From Myxococcota bacterium (GTDB taxonomy: Bacteria > Myxococcota_A > UBA9160 > UBA4427), in assembly GCA_036336835.1 (NCBI GenBank), contig JAYZFK010000024.1:11687-75686 (forward strand): 64,000 nucleotides of DNA. Reading direction: 5' to 3'. Both the position numbers and the translations under genes were made by a program. Below are positions 28,071-38,323 of this stretch, in pieces; the stretch's first letter is position 1, and every line of letters begins with the position of its first letter. Below the pieces are notes generated by a model. That model was given only the letters and a program-made list of their open reading frames with translations. It did no database searches and had not been told where the DNA came from.

Positions 28071-30626
28071 ATGGTGCCGCCCGACTCCACCGCCACTCGG
28101 CCGCTGCGCGACTGGATCCCCGACGGGGTGCTGCGCGATCCCGAGGCGATCCTCGACCGCTTCCTGAAGTGGGTCGAATCGACCGGGCTCGAGCCCTACG
28201 CGGCCCAGGAAGAGGCGCTGCTCGAGCTGATGACGGGCAACCACGTCGTGCTCTCGACGCCGACGGGCTCGGGCAAGTCCCTGGTGGCGCTCGGGCTCCA
28301 CTTCAAGGCGCTTTGCGAAGGGCGCCGCTCGTTCTACACGGCGCCGATCAAGGCGCTGGCCAGCGAGAAGTTCTTCGCGCTGTGCGACGAGCTCGGCGCC
28401 GACTCGGTCGGCATGCTGACCGGGGATGCCAGCATCAACTGGGGTGCGCCGGTGATCTGCTGCACCGCGGAGGTGCTCGCGAACATGGCGGTGCGCCAGG
28501 GCGCGCGCGCCGACGCGCCGCTCGTCGTGATGGACGAGTTCCACTACTACGGAGATCCAGAGCGGGGCGCGGCCTGGCAGATCCCGCTGCTCGCCCTGCA
28601 CGAGACGCAGTTCCTGCTGATGTCGGCGACCCTCGGCAATACGGCGGCGATCGAGGAGCGGATCGCCGCTCGCACCGGGCGAGGGGTGGCGCACGTCCAC
28701 AGCGACGAGCGACCCGTCCCACTCGACTTCGAGTACGCCGAGACGCCGCTGCACGAAACGATCGAGCGGCTGCTCGAGCGGCAGCAGGCGCCGATCTATG
28801 TCGTCTGCTTCACCCAGCGCGCCGCCGCCGAGCAGGCACAGGCGCTGACCAGCGCCAAGGTGTCGACGCGGGAGGAGAGGCAGGCGGTGGCCGCGGCGAT
28901 CGGCGGCTTCCGCTTCGATTCACCCTACGGCAAGGACATCGCCCGCATCCTGCGCCACGGGATCGGCCTCCACCATGCGGGCCTGCTCCCAAAGTATCGG
29001 CTGCTGGTCGAGCAGCTGGCGCAGCAGGGCCTGCTCAAGGTGATCTGTGGCACGGACACGCTGGGCGTCGGGGTCAATGTTCCGATCCGTACCGTCCTGT
29101 TCACGCAGCTCAGCAAGTTCGACGGGAGCAAGCAGGCGTTGCTCACGGCGCGCGACTTCAAGCAGATCGCGGGCCGCGCGGGGCGTCGCGGCTTCGACGA
29201 TCTCGGGAGCGTCGTGTGCCAGGCGCCGGAGCACGTGATCGACAATGCCCGGCTCGCGAGCAAGGCGGCGGCGGCCGGCGGCGCGAAGCAACGCAAGCTG
29301 GTCAAACGGAAGCCGCCCCGACACTTCGTCGGCTGGAGCCGCGAGACGTTCGAGCAGCTCGTCGAGAGACCGACCGAGGGGCTCGAATCGCGCTTTGCCG
29401 TCACCCACGGACTGCTGATCGATTGCCTGCAGCGAGGCCAGGAGGAGGAGCTGCCGGCCTCGGGCTACGGTGCGCTGCTCGAGCTGATCGCCCTGAGTCA
29501 CGGCGATGCGAAGTCCAAACGGCGCCTGCGCCGCGAGGCGGCGCTGCTGTTCCGCTCGCTGCGAAGCAGCGAAATCCTGACGGTCGAGCGAGAGCGCCCA
29601 CCTCGCGTGGTCATCGATACGGCGCTTCAGCGCGATTTCTCACTCCACCATTCGCTGTCGCTCTACCTGGTCGAAGCGATCGCTGCCTTCGACCCGCAGA
29701 GTGAGACGCTCGCACTCGACGTGCTGTCGCTGGTCGAGGCGATCCTCGAGGATCCGCGCGCGATCCTGTACCAGCAGGAGCGGCGCGCGAAGGACGATCT
29801 CATGGCGCGACTCAAGGCCGAGCGGGTCCCCTACGAGGAGCGCATGAACGAGCTCGAGAAGGTGAGCTGGCCGAAGCCGAACGAGACCCTCGTGCGGGCG
29901 ACCTTCGAGCTGTTCCGCGAGCGCCATCCGTGGGTGCGCGACGACGACATCCGGCCGAAGGGGATCGCGAGCGAGATGGCCGAGCACTACGCGAGCTTCG
30001 AGGACTTCGTGAAGCGCAATCAGCTCGCGCGCATGGAGGGCCTGCTGCTTCGCTACCTGAGCCAGGTGTGGAACACGCTGGTGCACAACGTCCCGTCGGT
30101 GGCGATGACCGACGAGCTACACGATCTGGCCGGCTACCTGCGGGCCACCGTCACCCAGGTGGACTCGAGCCTGGTGAGCGAGTGGGAGAGCCTGGTGTCG
30201 CCCGGCCCCGCGCCCTCGCAGGCGCCCGAGGCGCCGAGCCCGCGCACGCCGGAGATCCTGCGCGACGAACGCGCCTTCCGGGCCCGGGTCCGCGCGGAGT
30301 GCCACCGCCTGGTGCGCGCCCTGTCCAACGGGGCCTACGACCAGGCCGTCCACGCCCTGCGCGAGACGGACGACCCCTGGACCCCCGAGCGAATCGAGCA
30401 CGCCCTGGTCCCGTTCTACGAGCAATACGAACGGGTGGTCTTCGAGCCCAGGGCGAGAGCGGCCGACAAGACCTGGATCGTGCAGCGTGAGCCGCGTCTC
30501 TGGGAGGTGCACCAGACTCTGGTCGACGACCGGGACGACAACCTCTGGAGCCTCCAGATGGAGGTCGACCTGCGCGCCGAGATCCCGGACGGCCCGCTCC
30601 TCACGCTTCACCAGATCACGGGCTGA
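28071..30626 (+). CDS. Ski2/HelY-like DEAD/DEAH helicase with DUF3516
   Basis: TPTGSGKS, PIKALASEK, DEFH, MSAT, HHAGLLP, QIAGRAGRRG. Confidence 0.92.
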   Translation: MVPPDSTATRPLRDWIPDGVLRDPEAILDRFLKWVESTGLEPYAAQEEALLELMTGNHVVLSTPTGSGKSLVALGLHFKALCEGRRSFYTAPIKALASEKFFALCDELGADSVGMLTGDASINWGAPVICCTAEVLANMAVRQGARADAPLVVMDEFHYYGDPERGAAWQIPLLALHETQFLLMSATLGNTAAIEERIAARTGRGVAHVHSDERPVPLDFEYAETPLHETIERLLERQQAPIYVVCFTQRAAAEQAQALTSAKVSTREERQAVAAAIGGFRFDSPYGKDIARILRHGIGLHHAGLLPKYRLLVEQLAQQGLLKVICGTDTLGVGVNVPIRTVLFTQLSKFDGSKQALLTARDFKQIAGRAGRRGFDDLGSVVCQAPEHVIDNARLASKAAAAGGAKQRKLVKRKPPRHFVGWSRETFEQLVERPTEGLESRFAVTHGLLIDCLQRGQEEELPASGYGALLELIALSHGDAKSKRRLRREAALLFRSLRSSEILTVERERPPRVVIDTALQRDFSLHHSLSLYLVEAIAAFDPQSETLALDVLSLVEAILEDPRAILYQQERRAKDDLMARLKAERVPYEERMNELEKVSWPKPNETLVRATFELFRERHPWVRDDDIRPKGIASEMAEHYASFEDFVKRNQLARMEGLLLRYLSQVWNTLVHNVPSVAMTDELHDLAGYLRATVTQVDSSLVSEWESLVSPGPAPSQAPEAPSPRTPEILRDERAFRARVRAECHRLVRALSNGAYDQAVHALRETDDPWTPERIEHALVPFYEQYERVVFEPRARAADKTWIVQREPRLWEVHQTLVDDRDDNLWSLQMEVDLRAEIPDGPLLTLHQITG

Positions 30627-30633
30627 GCCGAAG

Positions 30634-31506
30634 TCAGCCCCGATACTGGGCGAGCTCCGCGTCGTAGTCGGCGAAGCCCAGTAGCTGCTTCAGGTCGGAG
30701 AAGGCGAGACGCTCGCCGGGCGTCGCGCCCCGGCCCAGGGCCTCCAGGGCGGCCTGCATGCCCCGTGTGGCAGCGGACAGCAGGGTCAGGGGGTATGCCG
30801 CGAGCTTGAAGCCGAGTCGTTCCAGCTCGTCGGGTGGGAGCAGTGGGGTCGCTCCGTCCTCGACCAGGTTCGCCAGCTTGGGGCCCGGAATCTGCTCGCC
30901 AATGCGACGCAGCTCGTCTTCGCTCTGCGGGGCCTCGACGAAGGCGATGTCGGCCCCGAGCGCCGCGAACTCCTGGGCTCGCTCGATCGCCTCGTGCAGA
31001 TCGTGTGTCGCCGCGGCATCGGTCCGGGCCATCACCAGGATGTCGCCGCCCTCGTCGCGCAGCGCTTCGCGCGCGTCGATCGCCGCGCGAATGCGCGCCA
31101 CGGCTTCGCCCCGTTCGACCACCTGCTTGCCGCGAGTGTGGCCGCAGCGCTTCGGCGCGAGCTGGTCTTCGATCATCACGCAGGCAAAGCCCGCGCGGGC
31201 GTAACCGCGCACCGTGCGCTTCGCGTTGACCGGGTTCCCGTAGCCGGTGTCCCCATCCCCGATCACCGGAATCCCGACTGCGTCGCAGATGTTGCGCCCC
31301 TGGTCGAGCATCTCGCCGTACGAGATCAAACCGGTATCGGGCATCGCCAGCCGAGCAGCCGAGACGGCGAAGCCACTCATGAAGGTGAGCGGAAAGCCTG
31401 CGCGCTCGATCAGACGAGCCGAGAGCGCATCGAAGCAGCAGGGCATCACGATCAGCCCGGGCTCGCCGAGCAGCTGGCCCAAGCGGGCGGCGGGAGTCTG
31501 GGTCAT
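30634..31506 (-). CDS. Isocitrate lyase/PEP mutase family protein
   Basis: DALSARL, DGDTGYG, IEDQ..PKRCGH, ARTDA, FVEAP. Confidence 0.9.
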   Translation of the reverse strand: MTQTPAARLGQLLGEPGLIVMPCCFDALSARLIERAGFPLTFMSGFAVSAARLAMPDTGLISYGEMLDQGRNICDAVGIPVIGDGDTGYGNPVNAKRTVRGYARAGFACVMIEDQLAPKRCGHTRGKQVVERGEAVARIRAAIDAREALRDEGGDILVMARTDAAATHDLHEAIERAQEFAALGADIAFVEAPQSEDELRRIGEQIPGPKLANLVEDGATPLLPPDELERLGFKLAAYPLTLLSAATRGMQAALEALGRGATPGERLAFSDLKQLLGFADYDAELAQYRG

Positions 31507-31550
31507 GCGACCCAGAGTGCGCGAGATCCGCGAGCGGGGCCAGCACTCGC

Positions 31551-31578
31551 TTGACAATGCCGGCGTGTCGTGGACAAT
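31551..31578 (+). promoter_or_regulatory. sigma70-type promoter for the asd leader
   Basis: TTGACA (31551-31556), 16-bp spacer, GACAAT (31573-31578). Confidence 0.65.
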
Positions 31579-31588
31579 CCGTCCCGAC

Positions 31589-31642
31589 ATGACATCGACC
31601 CCGTTCGCCACGACGAAGACGACGCCGGAGAGGCCCGACTAG
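31589..31642 (+). CDS. Thr-rich attenuator leader peptide MTSTPFATTKTTPERPD
   Basis: 6 Thr in 17 codons with ACG ACG AAG ACG ACG run; lies between the promoter and a terminator upstream of asd. Confidence 0.75.
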   Translation: MTSTPFATTKTTPERPD

Positions 31643-31670
31643 ACCGGGAGTGCCGAACATTCGAGTTGCG

Positions 31671-31710
31671 CGCCCTTCCGGTCGATGAGACGGGGAGGGC
31701 GTTTTTCGTT
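31671..31710 (+). terminator. Attenuator terminator upstream of asd
   Basis: CGCCCTTCCGGTC / GACGGGGAGGGCG stem followed by TTTTTCGTT; competing antiterminator strand GACCGGGAG at 31642-31650. Confidence 0.8.
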
Positions 31711-31748
31711 GGGGCGAGCTCGGCCCCGACCCGAGAGAGGAGACCGCC

Positions 31749-32780
31749 GTGAGTCGAGACGATCGAGGCGTACGCGTGGGAGTGGTGGGCGCGACCGGCG
31801 CCGTGGGCGAGGTCCTGCTCGACGTGCTCGCGCAACGCGACTACCCCGTGGCCGAGCTCCGACCACTCGCGAGCGGCCGCTCCGCCGGTTCCAATGTCTC
31901 GTTCCGGAACGCGCCGGTCGAGGTCGCCGAGGCAAGGCCCGAGGCCTTCGACGGTCTGGACATCGTCTTCTTCGCCGCCACCGGGTCGCTGTCGAAGGAG
32001 CTCGCGCCCGAGGTCGCCCGGCGCGGCGGGATCGCGATCGACAAGTCGGGTACCTGGCGGATGGAGGACGGCGTCCCGCTGGTCGTGCCCGAGGTGAACC
32101 CCGAAGCCGTCGACGGGCACGCCGGCATCATCGCCTGTCCCAACTGCACCACGATCGGCTGCGTCATGGCGCTCGAGCCGATCCACCGCGCCGCGGGCCT
32201 GAAGAGCGCGGTGATCACCACGCTGCAGGCGGTCTCCGGCGCTGGACGCGACGGCATCGACGAGCTCGCGACGCAGCAGCGAGCGCTCGCCAGCGGCGAC
32301 GAGCCGCGGGCCGACCTGTTCGCCGCACCGATCGCCAACAACGTGGTGCCGCTGTGCGAGACGTTTCGCGACGACGACTATTCGACCGAGGAGGTGAAGC
32401 TGCTGTTCGAGACCCGCAAGATCATGGGCCTGCCGGATCTCGAGGTCGCCATGACCTGCGTGCGCGTACCCGTCCCGATCGGTCACTCGGCCACGATGCT
32501 GCTCGAGACCGAGCGCCCACTGTCGGCCGAGGCGGCGCGCGAGGCGCTGGCCGCCTTCCCCGGCCTCGAGGTCGTCGACGACACCGCGACCTGCAGCTTT
32601 CCGACTCCGCGCGACGTCGAGGGCCGCGACGAGGTGCTGGTCGGCCGGGTCCGGAAGGACCTCGGCAGCGAGCGGCTGTGGCTGTGGCAGGTCTCGGACA
32701 ATCTGCGCAAGGGAGCCGCGACCAACGCAGTCCAGATTGCCGAGCTGCTGCTCGAGCGCGGGCTGATCGGAGGGAGCTGA
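31749..32780 (+). CDS. asd: Aspartate-semialdehyde dehydrogenase
   Basis: VVGATGAVG, PEVN, PNCTT, QAVSGAG, TCVRVPV..GH, DNLRKGAATNAVQIAE; GAGGAG SD. Confidence 0.96.
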   Translation: MSRDDRGVRVGVVGATGAVGEVLLDVLAQRDYPVAELRPLASGRSAGSNVSFRNAPVEVAEARPEAFDGLDIVFFAATGSLSKELAPEVARRGGIAIDKSGTWRMEDGVPLVVPEVNPEAVDGHAGIIACPNCTTIGCVMALEPIHRAAGLKSAVITTLQAVSGAGRDGIDELATQQRALASGDEPRADLFAAPIANNVVPLCETFRDDDYSTEEVKLLFETRKIMGLPDLEVAMTCVRVPVPIGHSATMLLETERPLSAEAAREALAAFPGLEVVDDTATCSFPTPRDVEGRDEVLVGRVRKDLGSERLWLWQVSDNLRKGAATNAVQIAELLLERGLIGGS

Positions 32781-32810
32781 GCGCGCAAGCCGGCCGAGGC
32801 TTCCCGCGTC

Positions 32811-33770
32811 TCAGCTGCGCCCGAAGCGAACGCGGCCGCGCGCGCGGGCCTGGATCAGCCGCCGCTTGCGCAGAACACGGCGCGCGAGCCGCGCGGTGTC
32901 GCGGTACGCGCCCAACACCGCCCGGTCGCGCAGCAGCGCAAACGACAAGCGCAGCAGCTCCCAGCCCAGGATCACCGGCAGGTCGCGCAGCCACTCGCCC
33001 AGCCGATCGTTCTTGATCATCTGCAGCGAGTGGTTCTTGAACGAATGGCGGCGGATGGCGGGCGGGATCGCGAACCGCGTCCCGCGCTTCCAGCCGCGCT
33101 CGTGCTGCGCGCGCGCGCCCGGCACGTACAGGACACGCCAACCAAACAGCGCCGCGCGCCACGCGAGATCCGTCTCCTCGTGGTACAGGAAGAAGTCCTC
33201 GTCGAAGATCTCGCCCTCCACCGCGAGGTCACGAGCGGCCGAGAGCCGCAGCCACAGAGCGGCCCCACTCGCGCCGAACACCGCTTCCGGCTCGGCGTAC
33301 TGCCCGACGTCGCGCTGGTCGCTCGCGCGATCGCGCGGCCGGCGATTGCGACCGAGCAGGATCCCGGCGCTGTCGAGCGTCTTGCCGTCGCGCCGGATCA
33401 GCCGACCGCCGGCGAGCGCCGCCTCGGGATCCGCCTCGAGCGCACCCAACATGGCCGCCGCAAAGCCCGGTTCCAGCACCACGTCGGGGTTGAGCAGCAG
33501 CAGGTATTCACAGCCCGCATCCCCGAACGCGCGCTCGATCAGCCGATTGGCGCCGTAGGCGTAGCCGCGGTTCTCGATCGATGCGCGCTCGATCTCCGGC
33601 CGCGTACGAAGGGCCCGCTCGAGCCGCGCCGGCTCGTTGTCCGCGTCGAGGATCCGGATCCAGCGCGGACCGACCGTCTGGGCCCGGATCGCGCCTACGC
33701 ATCCCGGCAGCTCGGGGTACGAGCCGTGGTGAATCACTCCGACTGCATAGCGCGACGCTGCGTTGCTCAC
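32811..33770 (-). CDS. Glycosyltransferase family 2
   Basis: NRGYAYGAN, LLLNPD, SGAALW, FDEDFFLYHEETDLAWRA; start GTG 33770. Confidence 0.88.
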   Translation of the reverse strand: MSNAASRYAVGVIHHGSYPELPGCVGAIRAQTVGPRWIRILDADNEPARLERALRTRPEIERASIENRGYAYGANRLIERAFGDAGCEYLLLLNPDVVLEPGFAAAMLGALEADPEAALAGGRLIRRDGKTLDSAGILLGRNRRPRDRASDQRDVGQYAEPEAVFGASGAALWLRLSAARDLAVEGEIFDEDFFLYHEETDLAWRAALFGWRVLYVPGARAQHERGWKRGTRFAIPPAIRRHSFKNHSLQMIKNDRLGEWLRDLPVILGWELLRLSFALLRDRAVLGAYRDTARLARRVLRKRRLIQARARGRVRFGRS

Positions 33771-33928
33771 GCCGGTCCTCTCTACCTGCCACCTGCCCGG
33801 TGACCCGTGCCCAATGTCGCGGCAGCCATGCTCGATCGTTCGGCAGTCGTCGCCGTGATGCAGCTCACGATTGAGCCGCTTCCCGCTCGGTCCGGCCGAC
33901 TCCAGCCGCGCCACGACACATGACCAGT

Positions 33929-33945
33929 TTGGCACATCGGTTGCT
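33929..33945 (+). promoter_or_regulatory. sigma54 (-24/-12) promoter of the P-II gene
   Basis: TTGGCACATCGGTTGCT, exact GG-N10-GC spacing, about 90 bp upstream of the P-II start. Confidence 0.85.
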
Positions 33946-33969
33946 ATAGCCGCTCCCGACGACCGGTGA

Positions 33970-34383
<414 letters not shown>

Positions 34384-34442
34384 GGTGGCGGGACGCTCCT
34401 GGGAGGTGCAACCCAGCGACGTCGGCCTGCGGGAGCCGGGGC

Positions 34443-35417
34443 TCAGGGCTCGACCACGAGCTTGCCCCAGGTCCCGCGCGAGCCGAGAGCCTCGAGCGCC
34501 TTCGGGAGATCGTCGAGCGCATAGCGGGCCGAGACCACGGGCTGGATGCGACCGGCAGCGTAGAGCTCGAACAGCCCGTCGTAGGTGGCCTGGACCCTCG
34601 CCGGTTGACTGCCCGCGTGGCCGCCCCAGTTGAGGCCGACTAGCGAGATGTTCTTGAGCAGCACGCGGTTGAGCGCGACCCTCGGGATCTCACCGCTGGC
34701 GAAGCCGATCACCAGCAGCCGCCCGTTCCAGGCGATGCACTGGAGCGATCGTTCGAAGACATCCCCGCCCACCGAGTCGTAGATCACGTCGGCGCCGCGG
34801 CCGTCCGTCGCCTCCCGGACCTTCGCGACGAAATCCTCGGCGCGGTAGTCGATCCCGACGTCGGCGCCGTGCTCGAGCGCCACGGCCAGCTTGTCGGCCC
34901 CGCCCGCGGTTGCGATCACGCGCGCTCCCCGCGCCTTGCCGATCTGGACGGCGGCGAGCCCGACCCCGCCGGCCGCCGCGTGCACCAGCAGCGTCTCGCC
35001 CGCCTGCAGATCGGCGCGGAACACGAGTGCGGCATACGAGGTGCAATAGACGATCGGAAGCGCCGCGGCGTGCGCGAAGTCCATGCCCTCGGGAATGCGG
35101 ATGCAGTCCTGCTCGGCCACGACGGCGCGTTCGGCGAAGCCGCCGAGCAGACTCGACGTCAAGACGCGGTCCCCCTCGCACAGGCCGGAGACGCCAGGAC
35201 CCACGGCGACCACCTCGCCCGCCAGCTCGGCGCCCGGCACGAACGGAAAGGGCGGCTTCACCTGGTAGCGGCCCTGCACGATCAGGATGTCGAAGAAATT
35301 GAGCGCGGCGGCGCGCGTCGCGATCTTCACGGCCCCCGGAAGCAGCTCTGGCTCGGCGACCTCGGAGACGCGCAGCTCCGACGGCTTCATCCAGCGATCC
35401 ACCACCACGGCACGCAC
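34443..35417 (-). CDS. NADPH:quinone oxidoreductase (zeta-crystallin/MDR) family
   Basis: GRYQVKPPFPFVPGAE, HAAAGGVG, DSVGG, IGFASG, GKLVV. Confidence 0.92.
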   Translation of the reverse strand: MRAVVVDRWMKPSELRVSEVAEPELLPGAVKIATRAAALNFFDILIVQGRYQVKPPFPFVPGAELAGEVVAVGPGVSGLCEGDRVLTSSLLGGFAERAVVAEQDCIRIPEGMDFAHAAALPIVYCTSYAALVFRADLQAGETLLVHAAAGGVGLAAVQIGKARGARVIATAGGADKLAVALEHGADVGIDYRAEDFVAKVREATDGRGADVIYDSVGGDVFERSLQCIAWNGRLLVIGFASGEIPRVALNRVLLKNISLVGLNWGGHAGSQPARVQATYDGLFELYAAGRIQPVVSARYALDDLPKALEALGSRGTWGKLVVEP

Positions 35418-35496
35418 GGCTCGACGACACTCCCAGAGAGGGGCCCGCCAGTCTATCCCACGCGGGCCCGCCGACTGCGCGATACACTCTCGGGCC

Positions 35497-36690
35497 ATGG
35501 CCGATGAGTCGCTCGAGCTATTGAAGCTCGCGGCACGCGAGGCGATCGACCGCCTCGAGCCCGAGCTACTGCACGTCTCGCACGAGATCCACGCCCATCC
35601 CGAGCTGGCCTTCGAGGAGCAGCACGCCGCTGCGCTGCTCGTCGACGCGCTGCGCAAGGGCGAGCTCGAGGTCGAGCCCGGAGCCTACGGGCTACCGACC
35701 GCGTTTGCGGCCGAGTTCGGCGCGGACGACGGACCGCTGGTCGCGCTGCTGGCCGAGTACGACGCCCTGCCCGAGATCGGTCATGCGTGCGGCCACAACC
35801 TGATCGCAACCTCGGCGCTGGGAGCGAGCCTGGCGCTCTCGACGTTGCGCGAGCACCTGCCCGGACGCGTCCGCGTACTGGGCACCCCCGCCGAGGAGCG
35901 CGGCGGCGGCAAGGAGCTGATGGCACGAGCTGGCGCCTTCGACGGTGTCGACGCCGCGTTGATGGTCCACCCGGCGGGCGTCGACCTGGTGACGATGCCG
36001 TGCGTCGCGCTGGCCGAGGTCGAGGTCACCTATCGGGGGCGTTCCGCGCACGCCGCGGCGATGCCCGAGCGGGGCATCAACGCGCTGGACGCCCTGATCA
36101 CCGCGTATCAAGCGATCGCGCAGCTGCGCCAGCACATCAAGTCGAGCGAGCGGCTGCACGGCATCATCACGCGTGGCGGGGACGCGCCCAACATCGTCCC
36201 CGAGCTCGCTGCGGGACGCTTCTACATCCGGGCCCGCGGCGAACGCGAGCTCGCCGCGCTGCGCGAGCGCGCGATCGGCTGCTTCGAGGCCGGAGCGAGC
36301 GCTACGGGCGCCGAGCTCGAGATGGTGTGGGGCGACGTCGACTACCTCGACATCCGCCGCAACGAGCCGCTCGAAGAGGCATTCCGCGCCAACGCCGAGC
36401 AGCTCGGGCGCCGCTTCTTCCCGCTGGACGAGCTGCCCGCGAGCCTCGCCGGCAGCACCGACATGGGCAACGTGAGCCACCGCGTCCCGTCGATCCACCC
36501 GATGCTCGCCGCCGCCCCCGCCCACATCACGATCCACAATGCCGAGTTCGCCGAGCACGCCCGCGCCGAGATCGGCGATCGCGCTGCCATCGACGGCGCC
36601 AAGGCGCTGGCGATGACCGCGCTCGACGTACTGATCGACCGCGACATCCGAGAGCGCGCGCGGGCTATCTTCGAGGCCGGCGGCGGCTGA
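35497..36690 (+). CDS. M20 family amidohydrolase
   Basis: HPELAFEE, AEYDALP, HACGHN, GTPAEE, GSTDMGNVS. Confidence 0.92.
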   Translation: MADESLELLKLAAREAIDRLEPELLHVSHEIHAHPELAFEEQHAAALLVDALRKGELEVEPGAYGLPTAFAAEFGADDGPLVALLAEYDALPEIGHACGHNLIATSALGASLALSTLREHLPGRVRVLGTPAEERGGGKELMARAGAFDGVDAALMVHPAGVDLVTMPCVALAEVEVTYRGRSAHAAAMPERGINALDALITAYQAIAQLRQHIKSSERLHGIITRGGDAPNIVPELAAGRFYIRARGERELAALRERAIGCFEAGASATGAELEMVWGDVDYLDIRRNEPLEEAFRANAEQLGRRFFPLDELPASLAGSTDMGNVSHRVPSIHPMLAAAPAHITIHNAEFAEHARAEIGDRAAIDGAKALAMTALDVLIDRDIRERARAIFEAGGG

Positions 36691-36696
36691 CCCCGC

Positions 36697-37701
36697 GTGG
36701 CGCCGCGCCTGGCCATCGTCGGCGCCGGCAGCGTCGGGCTGTCCCTGACAGCGCGGCTGGCCGCGTCGGGCAGCGACGTGTGGCTGCTCGCGCGCCGCGC
36801 CGAGAGCGCCCTCGCCATCGCTGCGCGCGGCATCGACGTCTACGACCCCGCGAGCGGCGACCGCCTCAACGCGCGGCCTGCCGCCGTCTCGACCCTCGAG
36901 CGCTGCGACGCGCTCGACGGGCGCTTGCTGATCGTCTGCGTGCGCGCGCCCGATTCGGAGGCGCTGGCCCCGCGACTCGCCGGCCTCGCGCCGGAGGCGA
37001 CGGTCGTCTGCGCGCAGAACGACGTCGACAACGAGGATCGGTTCTCGCGCCACTTCCGATCCGTAATCGGCGTCGTCGTCCGCCAGACATGTGCGCGCAC
37101 GGCGCCCAACGCCGTAAACGCACTCGGCGCGGGCCGGCTGATCGTCGGTGCGCATCCGTCGGGCGAAACGGACGCGGTTGGTGCGCTGGCGGACGCCTTC
37201 CGCCTAGCGGGCTTCGACGTCGGCATCTCGCCGCGCATCGGCGAGGACAAGTGGCTCAAGCTGTGCATCAACCTGATGAGCGTGCCCAACGCGCTGATCC
37301 ATCCGGACGAGCACACGGCGCCGGCATTCGTCGAGATCAAGGCGACGATCGTCGAGGAGGCCCGCGCGGCACTGTCGGCAGCCGGGATCACCGCCCGCTC
37401 CTGCGACGGACGCGATCGCTCGCTGGACGAGGAGATCGCCTTCCAGCGGGCATCGCGGTCCGCCGGGCAGAGCGCGCGCCGCCTGCCGGTCTACAACGCA
37501 GTCTGGGGCTCGCTACGCCACGGCTCGCCGCTCGAGGCCGACCTCCACCACGAACGCATCCTCGCGCTGTCGGCCGCTCACGGGCTCGAGGCGCCGATGA
37601 ACCGGCGCGCGCTCGAGCTGGTGCTGCGGGCCCGTCGCGAAGCCCGCGGGCCCGAGAGCGCGCGCTGCTCCGACTTTCTCAGCGCGCTGCCAGACCGCTG
37701 A
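36697..37701 (+). CDS. Ketopantoate reductase family protein (divergent)
   Basis: IVGAGSVG Rossmann motif, QNDVDNE, KWLKLCIN. Confidence 0.75.
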   Translation: MAPRLAIVGAGSVGLSLTARLAASGSDVWLLARRAESALAIAARGIDVYDPASGDRLNARPAAVSTLERCDALDGRLLIVCVRAPDSEALAPRLAGLAPEATVVCAQNDVDNEDRFSRHFRSVIGVVVRQTCARTAPNAVNALGAGRLIVGAHPSGETDAVGALADAFRLAGFDVGISPRIGEDKWLKLCINLMSVPNALIHPDEHTAPAFVEIKATIVEEARAALSAAGITARSCDGRDRSLDEEIAFQRASRSAGQSARRLPVYNAVWGSLRHGSPLEADLHHERILALSAAHGLEAPMNRRALELVLRARREARGPESARCSDFLSALPDR

Positions 37702-38323
37702 AGACGAGCTCGACATCGCTGCGGATCGTGTCGAGACAGGCGTCGTCGGAGAGCAGACCGTTGACCCACGGAACCCGCGCGCCCTGCGTGATGTGGAACA
37801 GCATGCGCGCGGCGTCGAGCACATCCACGCCCGGCGAAAGGTCCCCGCGCATTCGTCCGATCTGCAAAATCTCCGCGAGCAGGCCGATCGTGCGGTCGTG
37901 CAACACCAGCACCTGTCGCGCGACGCGTGCGTCGGGCCGAGTCACGCCGCGCAGCGCGATCAACGTGAAGTCGCGATCGGCGGTCAGCAGCGAGTGCTGG
38001 ATCTCGAGGAAGTGGGCGACGCGCTTCCGCGTCGGCGCCCTGCGATCGTCCTGTGCCCGAAACCGCGCCCAGGCTTCTTCTTGCAGCGCCGCGAGCTCGC
38101 CGACGAGCAGCTCCTCCTTGGTGCGCACGTGGCGATAGATCGAGCTCGCCCCCATCTCGGCGCGCTCGGCGATTGCGCGCAAGGTGGCACCGTCGAAGCC
38201 GCGCTCGCGGAACAGCTCGCGCGCCGCGCGCTGGATGCGATCGCGGCTGCGCCGCCCGCGCACCAGCCGACCGTCGTCGGCGCGCAGCTTGCTGCCCGGC
38301 TTGGATCCCCCCAGCAGGTTCAA
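37679..38323 (-). CDS. TetR/AcrR family transcriptional regulator
   Basis: ARELFRERGFDGATLRAIAERAEMGASSIYRHVRTKEELL HTH; TTG start overlaps the upstream stop. Confidence 0.88.
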   Translation of the reverse strand: MNLLGGSKPGSKLRADDGRLVRGRRSRDRIQRAARELFRERGFDGATLRAIAERAEMGASSIYRHVRTKEELLVGELAALQEEAWARFRAQDDRRAPTRKRVAHFLEIQHSLLTADRDFTLIALRGVTRPDARVARQVLVLHDRTIGLLAEILQIGRMRGDLSPGVDVLDAARMLFHITQGARVPWVNGLLSDDACLDTIRSDVELVFSGLAAR

